NCBI GenBank assembly: GCA_036785375.1
Contig: JAWMAR010000201.1
Location: 124,001 to 188,000 of the forward strand
DNA from: Leucoraja ocellata
Lineage: Eukaryota
DNA length: 64,000 nt
Direction: 5' to 3'
The notes under the pieces: generated by a model
What the model saw: the letters and a program-made list of their open reading frames with translations, nothing else
Database searches by the model: none
What the model was told of the DNA's origin: nothing
Shown here: positions 1 to 11,900 of the stretch, piece by piece
Position numbering within the stretch: position 1 is the stretch's first letter
Layout: each line of letters opens with the position of its first letter
Made by a program: the position numbers and the translations under genes

Positions 1-105
1 CAATATCCTTCAGCTTTATTGGACTTGCCCTGTGGCCACTGGTCTTTGGCCCTGGGAAGCTCATTCATGTGAAAGCACGGTGCTCAGGGACACGTCTTCA
101 TGCAC

Positions 106-429
106 NNNNNNNNNNNNNNNNNNNNNNNNNNNNNNNNNNNNNNNNNNNNNNNNNNNNNNNNNNNNNNNNNNNNNNNNNNNNNNNNNNNNNNNNNNNNNNN
201 NNNNNNNNNNNNNNNNNNNNNNNNNNNNNNNNNNNNNNNNNNNNNNNNNNNNNNNNNNNNNNNNNNNNNNNNNNNNNNNNNNNNNNNNNNNNNNNNNNNN
301 NNNNNNNNNNNNNNNNNNNNNNNNNNNNNNNNNNNNNNNNNNNNNNNNNNNNNNNNNNNNNNNNNNNNNNNNNNNNNNNNNNNNNNNNNNNNNNNNNNNN
401 NNNNNNNNNNNNNNNNNNNNNNNNNNNNN
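106..429. other. assembly gap (N run)
   Basis: Continuous run of n. Confidence 0.99.
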
Positions 430-860
430 GTCCAGGCTGGGATCTAATCGAGCTGACCGGGAGAAGGGGAGAAGGGGAGGGGGGGGGGGGGGGAGGGGTA
501 TAAAATGAATAATAACTGCCCTGGAGTATGTTACAGGTTGGGAGATAAACCAGTGTTCAGGGGGGAACATATCTACAATCACGCCGACCCAGGAGTGAGT
601 TACACGCTGCAATCTCATTGATGGATTCAGGGGGTTTATACAATATCAGACACTTGGCAGTGAGTTCCAGGATGGGATCGAATCGCAGAATTACCAAATT
701 GACATCTAAATGACAGATCTCAGGGACAGAGTTCCAGGCTAGGATCTAATCGAGGAGTTCAGGGAGCTTATATATAGACTGACAGTTACAACAAGTGACT
801 TGCAGGCCGGGATCTCATCCAGGGTCGTGGGCTTGCTTTATACAGAGAATGTGTGGCCTT
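430..860. repeat. degenerate tandem repeat (~100-bp units) next to the gap
   Basis: Recurring motif gagttc/tacaggc-tgggatctaatcga...gggtttata at about 430, 530, 600, 665, 730 and 800. Confidence 0.6.
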
Positions 861-881
861 GTAAATGAGCTGCTGACTGTC

Positions 882-1039
882 TCACTCCTGGCCATTGGCT
901 CCATCTGGCAGAAGCAACTCGATCGTGACCTCTTTGTTCAGAGCAGAGAACGTCACCACGGGCTCCCCAACAGACGCCTGTGGGCTGATCGCACTGTAGT
1001 CTTCTTCTGTGTCCTTGCCCAGGGCCTGATACGTTGGAT
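882..1039 (-). CDS. Gene A exon 6: ITAM DPTYQALGKDTEEDYSAI, degenerate repeat VTFSALNKE, stop
   Basis: ctctgtccccag acceptor, DxxYxxL-x7-YxxI, TGA at 884-882. Confidence 0.85.
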
Positions 1040-2419
1040 CTGGGGACAGAGGCAATGATGTGAGCAAACTGGGGAAGTAGAAACAAAGAACTGCAAATGC
1101 TGGACATAAAGTGCATGAATAGCTGAGCAGGTCAAACAGCATCTCTGTGGAGAACATGGACAAGTGCCGTTGCGGGTCGGAGTCTGATGAAAGGTCTCGA
1201 CCTGAAATGTCATGTATCCATTTTTCTCCAGAGATGCTGCTCCAGCACTTCGTGTCCTTTTGTGTGAGGGATCACTGAACACAAACAGTTTACAGTGTAA
1301 CAGGAGGCTTGGAGCCCGTCCTGTTCCCACTGTTCTGTGTGGAGTGATCCAGCGAGCCTCCCCCCAGCCCATCTCCTCTCCCCATTTCAGTTTCTCTCCT
1401 ATCATATACTTGTAGGTCTTTATATTACTTATATTTCCTCCCATAAGGGATAGTAGAATTAGGCCATTTGGCCCATCAAGTCTACTCGGCAATTCAATCA
1501 TGGCTGATCTCGCTCCTAACCTCATTCTCCTGCCTTCTCCTCATAAACTCTGACACCTGTACTAATCAAGAATCTATCTATCGCTTCCTTAAAAATATCC
1601 ACAGATGACCTCCACAGCCTTCTGTGGCAGAGAATTCCACAGACTCACCACCCTCTGACTAAAGACATTTCTCCTCATCTCCTTCCTGAAAGAACCTCCT
1701 TTAATTATGAGGCTATGACCTCTAGTCCTAGACTCTCCCAATCGTGGAAACATCCTCTCCACATCCTGCCGCTCCATCTATTTTCATATCATCTGCAAAC
1801 TTTGCCACAGAGTCTTCAATCGATCTTCTTACAGCATCTAATTTTTGTTTGTCATCCTTTGCTGGTTTAAAATTCCCAAGTTCTCTGGCCTCCACTCATC
1901 TGCAAGTGCTGTTCACCCTTACTTTCAGTTGGATGTCACCCTGAAACTCATTCGTGAACCATGGATGGTGCACCCTTCTCCCAGAGCCTATCTGCCTCAC
2001 TGGTACTTTTGCTGAGATTTTCAATGTACTTGTACAATCTTCCCTGTAACACCCTTCAATCCCTACACCCCTCCCTATCTCTGTACCCCCTCCGGTCTCT
2101 TTCCTGATTTCTATCACTCCTCCAGCCCCCATGCAACCTATGATGAATATTCAGATGAAGCCTGCTTGTGCATATCACAGCAGTTCACATCTCCCCCTTG
2201 CACACCTTACTCTGTGCCTGGCTCTACCTCATGTCTGTATCTAGCACGACACCATCACTCTGTAAAACGTTAGAGTATTTGGAGGGTTATGGTCTGAATG
2301 CAGGTATATGGGACTAGGGGAGATTATGTGTTCGGCACGGACTAGAAGGGTCGAGATGGCCTGTTTCCGTGCTGTAATTGTTATATGGTTATATGGTTAT
2401 ATAGTATTTCCAATCTCCC

Positions 2420-2456
<37 letters not shown>

Positions 2457-2915
2457 GTCCCTACCCCTCTCCCCCTCTCTGCTTCTCTCCCCCTCTTCCC
2501 CTCTCTCCCCCTCTCTCTCACTGTCTATCCCTCTCTCTCCCCCAGCTCTCTCCCTACCCCCCTCTCTCTCTCTCCCCATCTCTCTCTCTCCCCTCTTCCC
2601 CTTTTCTCTCTCTGCTCCCCTCTCTTTCCCCGTCTCACTCTCTCTCTCCCCTTCCTTCACTCTCTCCCCCTCCCTCTCACACACCCCTATTTTTCTCTCT
2701 CTCCCCATCTCTCTCACCCCTCTCTCTCCCCCTCACTCTCTCTCCCTCTTTCACCCCCTTTCACTTTCTCTTTCTCCCCTTTCACTCTCTCTCTCCCACT
2801 CTCTCCCATTCTCTCTCCCTCCACTAACTCTCTCTCCCCATCTCTATCTCTCTCCCCTCTCTCTTCCTCTTCTCCCCGTCTCTCTCTTCCCCCTTCCTTT
2901 TCTCTCTCCCCGCCC

Positions 2916-2951
<36 letters not shown>

Positions 2952-5900
2952 CCCCTATTTCTCTCTCTTCTCTTCTCTCTCTCTCCCATAAAATCTCCCA
3001 TAGCCACCGTAGCATTATTTTATTACACGTACATCTACCTCTGTCTCCACATCTCTCTAATCCACATTGATTTATCTCCCTCGACACCTCTCTCTCGCTC
3101 AATTTATTTTGTCTCTAAATTTCTCTCTCCATCTGCCTTTTTGTTTTGCTTGTTGCCCCTCTCTCTACCAGAACCTGCCGTTCTCTGACTGCCTACCTTG
3201 TGGATCTGCCTTGGCAGCTGTCGGTGTAATCATACTGTAGTTGGTGACTTTCTCTTTATTCAGGGCCTGGTAGTTGGTATCAGGGTCTCCTTCAGTCGAG
3301 CTGGGCCCAGGCATCTCCTCATCCTGGGCACTCCCTTTGTTTCCAGTGTCAGCAATTCCCACAGGTGAATAAATCCCTTCCTCATTGTCTGTGGGGGATA
3401 TAATGGAGGCGAAAATGGAAGATTAAGATCCACTTGGTCCCATTTCCCTCATTCTTCACACTTCTCCCTATGGCAGCACCATCTCTCGGTCTCCTCCATT
3501 GAAGGACACATGAGAGAACAGATTTCAAGAAAACAATTAGGGACGGGAGGGGGAGGGGGGGGAGGGTGGGAGGGGGGGGGGGGGTGGGGGTGGGGGGTGG
3601 AGAGCTGGCATCGACCTAATGAGCTGAAAGATCTTGTAAATATTTAAATCTGCTCTTCCACACTTTTTCTGATGTTACCAACCATGCCCCGATCGTCACT
3701 GCTTTCTCTGTGTTGGGAGCAAACCCCAACTCAGTGTCATCCCACTGAGCAAAAGTCCCACATCCCGGGAATTTGAGGAAATTTCCTTGGAATCCTCTGC
3801 AAAAAAATATTCTTGTGGAAACATACAAATTAGGGGCAGGTATAGTTCTCTTTGCCCCTCCCATCTGTGCCCCATCACTACAGTAGGTCATTATCTTAAC
3901 AACAGATTCCCACCCACCTCTGTGACCTTTCTACCTTGGGTCAGGAAGAATGCATACAGTTCTGCCTTTATCATATTAAAAAACTCTGGTTTTATTGCAC
4001 TTTGGGGAGGAGAGTTCCAAAAACTCACCACCCTCAGACCAAAATGGTTTATCTTCACTTTAGCAATAAACAGGTGGCTGCTTATTTGTGAAGCCTTGTT
4101 CAAAATTCTCCCACAAGAGCAGCATCTTCTCCACATAGGCTGTGGGCCGAGGAGCTTTATTCTACAGTTCCATGACCCAAGTCACCAAACTACATGAAAT
4201 TTTCACATATTGTGTAAAAATATTATATAAATCACCACTGAAACTCGTCATGAACAAGACTTGCACATTTTTATTAAATTAGAGAAAAAACGGAAAAAGT
4301 TTGGGTATTTTTAGTCCAACCAAAGCACGTTTAACATTGAGTTGTCTGCCAGTTGGCCAATCACGCGCTTTGTTTCAGGCTAGCACACAACATAGCTGAG
4401 AGGGCTTCACTGATGACTGTTTTACCGGAGATTCCAATGAAGATTCTTTCTAGTTCTGTGGAATACATGTCGTGGAAACTTGCAGCCGGGTAATTGAATT
4501 TAGTGAGAGAAGCATTAAGAAATCTGAAAAATGTGCAGCTAAGTGGATAGAAGTGGAAGAAAGTCTTGAAAGCAAAGTCCCTGCTGAGATGCTGCAACCC
4601 AAAGTTGTGAAACTTTGTGAATCAACTCAAACTGAAAGGTAAGATCTAAGTCTGAATTTATGAAAATTAATCTGTATGGACTTTAATTTATTTAATTGCA
4701 CCCTTTATAATGTGAAAAAATGAGATTTGGAGGCTGTACATTCACTCATTTATTCATTCATTCACTCACTCATCCATTCACTCAATCATTCACTCATGCA
4801 TTCACTCATTCACATATTCATTCATTCGTGAAGTTGAGGGCCTAAACTATATGTATCAATAACAAGGTAAATTAAGCATCTTCACTAATGCCAGCTTGTT
4901 GTAGAGTAATAAGTCTTAATCATCTAGTCTTGGAGCTGCCTGCGATAACTTACCGGTAAAAGGTGCTCCGATCGTGGGGCCTATTTATTTAACATAGTGA
5001 AGCCGCGGTCTCAATTAAAAAGCGGTCGATTCGCAAACGCGGAGCCGCGGATCTTCTCCGCTAGCGGGGCGGGGGGGGGGGGGGGGGGATTGTGTACATA
5101 GTGTCGTCTGTAGCGGCCGTTTTCAGGAAAACGGAGGAATATATCTTTCTGGAATATATATAGGTATAATAATATATTATATTATATCATTGAATTATTA
5201 TATTATTATACCTATATTACTATCTGGAATATATATAGGTATAATGAAATATAGTTTAAATGGACTGCAACACGGAAATAGGCTGCCCATCGTGTAATAT
5301 GGGCATTGGCCACTAGATGGCGCTTACTTTCCCGATCTCATTTTCTAATTAGTTTAATTAATTAATGTGGAACATTTGGCAATGACGAGTTATGACATCC
5401 TTCTCAATTATATTTCATCTAAATCTGTGGAAAATTTCATGTAGTTCTGTAACTTGGGTCACAAAAACTGATTTCTAGACACATTTTTGATGCTCGGCCC
5501 ACAGCCTACAACATTTGCAGGGCCCTCATGTATACACAAGGGGAAACTTACAGTGGCAAATTGATGATGATGATTCTTTATTGTCAGGTTTACCTCGGTA
5601 CAGTGATATTCTTTGTTTTTGCAAACAAAGTACACAAAAGCGTCGCCACAAAGGCACCCGACAAAATTACAAAAAGTGCTCGTCTGTTCTTCGTCCCCCC
5701 CATTCTGCAGGCAAGTTTCTGCATGTCTTTGACACCTAGGAGGAGATTCAAGCACCTGGGAGATACTTACATATCCAGAGGAAGAAAGTGCAAACTCCAC
5801 ACAGACAGATTTGGTGGTCAGGATTGAACGTGATGTCAGAATAAAGCCCGGGTGCCCGGAGGTGTGAGGCCGCAGTTCCTGCCATCCTGCGTGCCTGGGC

Positions 5901-8900
5901 TCTGAAGGGAATGTCAGTATTGCAACAATGCAGGGTCATTGCCAGAGCACATGGGGGATTCTAGCAGTGGTTCTGAACACCAGAGGGATGATTCGGAGTA
6001 CCCATCGGCTCCAGCAACGCCAACTTCCCAGAAATCAGCTTCTGAAAATACCCAGGAGTTGCTGAAGGCAGTGAGAGATCAGCAAATCCCCTTACCTTTG
6101 GCAGTGGTGTGTCCTTTCTTCCCTGCTTTCTTCTGACCTAGTTCAGGAGAGACAGAGGGGCAGTTAGCACAAAGATCCAGCACGGACCCACTGATGTAAA
6201 CTGCAGATGCATCATGCTGACTTCCCACACTGCCCATCTACCTCGCTGCGTGCATTCTACGTACTTATCATGAGTTTGATTTTTTTTATACTCGGGAGAG
6301 CTTAAGAATTACCTCGTACAGTGGGACAGGCCCTTTTGCTTATGAGGCTGAAGGCTGATAAATCCCAGGACCTGATAGTCTCCATCCCAGGGTACTTAAT
6401 GAGATGGCTCTAGAAATTGTGGATGCATTGGTGATGATTTTATAATGTTCTATAGATTCAGGATCAGTTCCTGTGGATTGGAGGGTAGCTAATGTTATCC
6501 ACTTTGCAAGTAAGGAGCAAAAGGGAAAAACGAGGAATTATAAACCAGTTAACCTGACATCGGTGGTGGGAATGATGCTGGAGTCAATTATAAAAGATGA
6601 AATAGCGGCACATTTGGACAGCAGTAACAGGATCGGTCTGAGTCAGCATGGATTTACGAAGGGGAAATCATGCTTGACGAATCTTCTGGAATTTTTTGAG
6701 GATGTAACTAGGAAAATGGCCAAGGGAGCCAGTGGATGTAGTGTACCTGGACTTTCAGAAAGCATTTGATTAGGTTCCACATAGGAGATTAGTGGGCAAA
6801 ATTTGGGCACATGGTATTGGGGGTACAGTGCTGACATGGAGAGAAAATTGGTTGGCAGACAGGAAACAAAGAGTAGGGATTAACGGGTCCCTCGCAGAAT
6901 GGTAGGCAGCGACTAGTGGGGTACCACAAGGCTCGGTGCTGGGACCACAGCTATTTCTAATATATATTAATGATTTAGATGAAGGGATTACAAGTAACAT
7001 TAGCAAATTTGCAGATGACACAAAGCTGGGTGGCAGTGTGAACTGTGAGGAGAATGCTATGAGCATGCAGGGTGACTTGGACAGGTTGGGTGAGTGGGCA
7101 GATGCATGGCAGATGCAGTTTAATGTGGATAAATATGAGGTTATCCACTTTGGTGGCAAGAACAGGAAGGCAGATTATTATCTGAATGGTGTCAAGTTCG
7201 GAAAAGGGGAAGTATAACGAGATCTGGGGGTCCTTGTTCATCAGTCACTGAAAGTAAGCATGCAGGTCCAACAGGCAGTGAAGTAAACTAACGGTATATT
7301 GGCTGTCATAACAGGAGGAGTTGAGTATAGGAGCAAAGGGGTCCTTCTGCAGTTGTGCAGGGCTCTAGTGAGACCACATCTGGAGTATTGTGTGCAGTTT
7401 GGTCTCCAAATTTGTAGAAGACCATTCTTGCTATTGTGGGAGTGCAGTGTAGGTTCACAAGGTTAATTCCCGGGCTGGCGGGACTGTCATTTGCTGATAG
7501 AATGGAGCGACTTGGCTTGTAGGCACTGGAATTTAGAAGAATGAAGGGAATCTTATTGAAATTCATATAACCATATAACCATATAACAATTACAGCACGG
7601 AAACAGGCCATCTCGGCCCTACAAGTCCGTGCCGAACAATTTTTTTTTCCTTAGTCCCACCTGCCTGCACTGATACCATAACCCTCCATTCCCTTCTCAT
7701 CCATATGCCTATCCAATTTATTTTTAAATGATACCAACGAACCTGCCTCCACCACTTCCACTGGAAGCTCATTCCACACCGCTACCACTCTCCGAGTAAA
7801 GAAGTTCCCCCTCATGCTACCCCTAAACTTCTGTCCCTTAATTCTGAAGTCATGTCCTCTTGTTTGAATCTTCCCTATTCTCAAAGGGAAAAGCTTGTCC
7901 ACATCAACTCTGTCTATCCCTCTCATCATAAAGTCCCCCCTTAACCTTCTGCGCTCCAGAGAATAAAGACCTGACTTATTCAACCTATCTCTGTAACTTA
8001 GTTGTTGAAACCCAGGCACCATTCTAGTAAATCTCCTCTGTACTCTCTCTATTTTGTTGACATCCTTCCTATAATTGGGCGACCAAAATTGTACACCATA
8101 TAACATATAAGATTATTAAGGGATTGGACACGCTAGAGGCAGGAAACATGTTCCCAGTGTTGGGGGAGTCCAGAACCAGGAGCCACAGTCAAAGAATATG
8201 GGGTAGGCCATTTAGGCCAGAGGCGATTTTCGAGCGACAGTCACCACCGGCCTGTTGCATAAATGACGCGCAATTGACGCCCAAGTGGGACAGACCCTTT
8301 GGAATTCTCAGCTGCTTCGGGCATTTGGAGTAAAATCAAAGTGCAGGAGGAACTTTGCCATTCAGGGAGGGAATCAACAGGCGTTTGGGGTCGGGAGCCT
8401 TCATCACACTGATGATTAGTCTTTTGAATTCCTCCAGCACTTGCGTTGTGCTCATGGTTCCAGCATCTACAGTTTCTTGTGTCTGTTACCTCTGGTTTAT
8501 CATCCAGTCCCTGCCCTCTCCATGCTGCCCTAACCCAAGAAGACCCCCACTTAACTGGTCTGTCCACAGCAGAAGCAGGCGGTGAATCCCAAGGCACTGA
8601 ACCACAGGCACAGGAAGGTGATTGTCACGGCCATCCTAACTCGGGAGCACATGCCCGAAGAGCCTGTGAACAGAAAGAAACGGGATACTCACCGGCGTTC
8701 CGTGCACAGAGTTGAGGATCACTGTGCATCATGTGCATTATTGTCATTACCTATGACAATCCGTGTTAATTTACATGTGAGACAGAAATAGCGTCCTGTC
8801 TGGTTTTGAAAACGTGACCATCCATGTGTGTTTGACCATTTGTGTGTCACGCTGTATGGTGTGTATGCAAGATCAGCCATGAATGAATGGTGTAGACCTG

Positions 8901-11900
8901 ATGGGCCGAATGGCCTAATTCTGCTACTCTAACATGAACTTATGATCCTGCTCTTTAACTGTTCACACCTGTCTATTGCATGTCTGAAACACTCAAGGTG
9001 TGTTTGTGCCCGTGATTGTGTATTCTGGCTGTTCATATGTATATCTGCGACTAGATGTGTGAGATGTGTAATGGTCTGTGTGTGCTTAACTATGTATGAA
9101 TGCAATTAGTCTTATAGTCACACAACGCGGAAACAGGCCCTTCGGCTCAACTTTCCTCATCTAAACTATTTCCACCTGCCCGCTTTTGGCTTATATCCCT
9201 CCAAATCTACCCTGTCCATGTACCTGTCTAAATGTGTATTTAACGTTATGTATAACTAAGTGCATACATTTCACTTTGTGTGTCAGAGAGAGATTCTGAT
9301 GGTTGTATCTGTGTGTGATGGTGAGAATGTGATTTTTAGTGCAGTTGGCTGTATCTTTGATTGTTCATCTGTGTGTCTGTGATTGCGTATGCAATTCTAT
9401 GATTGTTCAGATAACTGTGTATGTATGTGTGTGTGTGTGCATGTGTGTGTGTTCATGAGATTGTATTGATTTGTGTGTGTGAGGCGGTGTACCTTTTTGA
9501 TTTGATTACTTCTTTGGATCTGTGTGTGCGTGTGGATGTGTATCTGATTTCTATGCCTGTGTGTGGGGGAGAGAGACAGAAACTATGTATATGTTTGCAT
9601 GTCTATGTATGACAGACCATGTGTCTGTATGTGAGAGGCTGGGCATCCAACTTTGCAGATAGCTTTATTGTGCAGTGTTACAGGTATGTGTGGCCACTTA
9701 TGTTTAACCGTGAGACGGTTTGTGCCAATGGTGTGTGATTTTCTCTGCACAGGTCTGCGTTTGTGTGAGACTATGTGTAAGTGCATAATTCTCATGTCCC
9801 TATCTGCAACTCATTATGGGAGGTAGGTAGGTGCATGTGTGCAAGTGTACGTCGGTAATGGTGAACTTGTGACATGTTTGAGATTGTGTTTGTGTAAATA
9901 CATGAGTGTGTAAGTTTCACTGGGAGCAAGACTAGTTGGATGAGATTCCTGCTGATATGTACACGACTATCTAGTGGACGACCGTGTGATTGAGTGAGTG
10001 GTTCAATGCATATGCACGTGTGTCCCTTTCCACTTCGACGACTGTGTGAGATTGGTGTCGGGACAGGAGAGAAATTACTGGGGTGCAGGGGGGGGAGACA
10101 TAACAAAAAGTCCAACCAGTTTTTTGCATAAACTCGCCAATGAAGTTACAGGCTGGGGCCACGTCAACGGATAGGTCCTCCTGGGTTGCCTCCGAAAGGC
10201 ATTTGTACACGGCGCTGTTGGTGTTGGAGTCAGGTGTGACGGTCAGCTGCGCGCCTCCGAATTCCACATGGTGTCTGCTGTCGTCAGATATTTTGGTGCT
10301 ACCTTGGTACCAGTGGAATTTTGTTCCTTGTGCCAGGGTAGCGCATCTCAACTCCAACTGACAGGGACTGCCCGAGGCGGAGAGTTTCTCAACCGTGTAG
10401 GCAATCTTTCCCGCGGAACCTGGGGAGGAGAGAGTGAGGTTAGAGCCCAGTCATATCGGCACGGCACACGGGGTCATCAACACAGGGCCACACGACCTGA
10501 CTGAACCGGGCCGTGTTGCATCACGGGGATAGCAAGTGCACGATCAGTTTAAAGGGCAGAACACCCATCTGCTCAAAAGGCAGGAAACTTCCTGTAAATA
10601 TTCCCCGCATACAGCATGGGACAGTTCAGCGTGCGTCTGCACCTACACGCAGTGGGAGCATCCTACTCCTGCAAAGAGTAGGAGTAAACAAGTCCTTTTC
10701 AGAATGGCAGGTAGTGACTAGTGGGGTACCGCAAGGCTCAGTGCTGGGACCCCAACTATTTACAATATATATTAATGATTTGGACGAGGGAATTAAATGC
10801 AACATCTCCAAGTTTGCAGATGACACTAAGCTGGGGGGCAGTGTTAGCTGTGAGGAGGATGCTAGGAGGCTGAAAGGTGACTTGGATAGGCTGGGTGAGT
10901 GGGCAAATGCATGGCAGATGCAGTATAATGTGGATAAATGTGAGGTTATCCACTTTGGTGGCGAAACAGGAAAGCAGACTATTATCTAAATGGTGGCCGA
11001 TTATGAAAAGGGGAGATGCAACGAGACCTGGGTGTCATGATACACCAGTCATTGAAAGTAGGCATGCAGGCAGTGAAGAAAGTGAATGGTATGTTAGCAT
11101 TCATAGCAAAATGATTTGAGTATAGGAGCAGGGAGGTTCTATTGCAGTTGTACAGGGTCTTGGTGAGACCACACCTGGAGTATTGCGTACAGTTTTGGTG
11201 TCCAAATCTGAGGAAGGACATTATTGCCATAGAGGAAGTGCAGAGAAGGTTCACCAGACTGATTACTGGGATGTCAGGACTTTCATATGAAGAAAGACTG
11301 GATAGACTCGGCTTGTTCTCATTAGAACTTAGGAGATTGAGAGGGGATCTTATAGAAACTTACAAAATTCTTAAGGGGTTGGACAGGCTAGATGCAGGAA
11401 GATTGTTCCCGATGTTGAGGAAGTCCAGGACAAGGGGTCACAGCTTAAGGATAAGGGGGAAATCCTTTAGGACCGAGATGAGAAAAACATTTTTCACACA
11501 GAGAGTGGTGAATCTCTGAAACTCTCTGCCACAGAAGGTAGTTGAGGCCAGTTCATTGGCTATATTTAAGAAGGAGTTAGATGTGCCCTTGTGGCTAAAG
11601 GGATCAGGGGGTATGGAGAGAAGGCAGGTACGGGATACTGAGTTGGATGTTCAGCCATGATCATATTGAATGGCGGTGCAGGCTCGAAGGGCCGAATGGC
11701 CTACTCCTGCACCTATTTTCTATGTTTCTATGTATGCTGTGAGGGGGGGGGGATTCAGTTGGTGGGAAGGGTCGGCGACGGGGGAAGAGTTTCTGTGGGA
11801 GAGGGGATTCGGTGTGTGGGGAGATTCGGTGATGGAGGCAAATGTCGATGGGCCCACAGAGATTCAATGGGCGGAGAGAGTCTGTGATGGGAGTGTCTGC

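Noticed and set aside
32-618. ORFs spanning the N run
   Set aside because: Artefacts of the assembly gap
2308-3188. Long Ser/Leu/Pro and Glu/Arg/Gly ORFs (also 14756-15832 and 63138-63725)
   Set aside because: Translation of CT/GA low-complexity DNA
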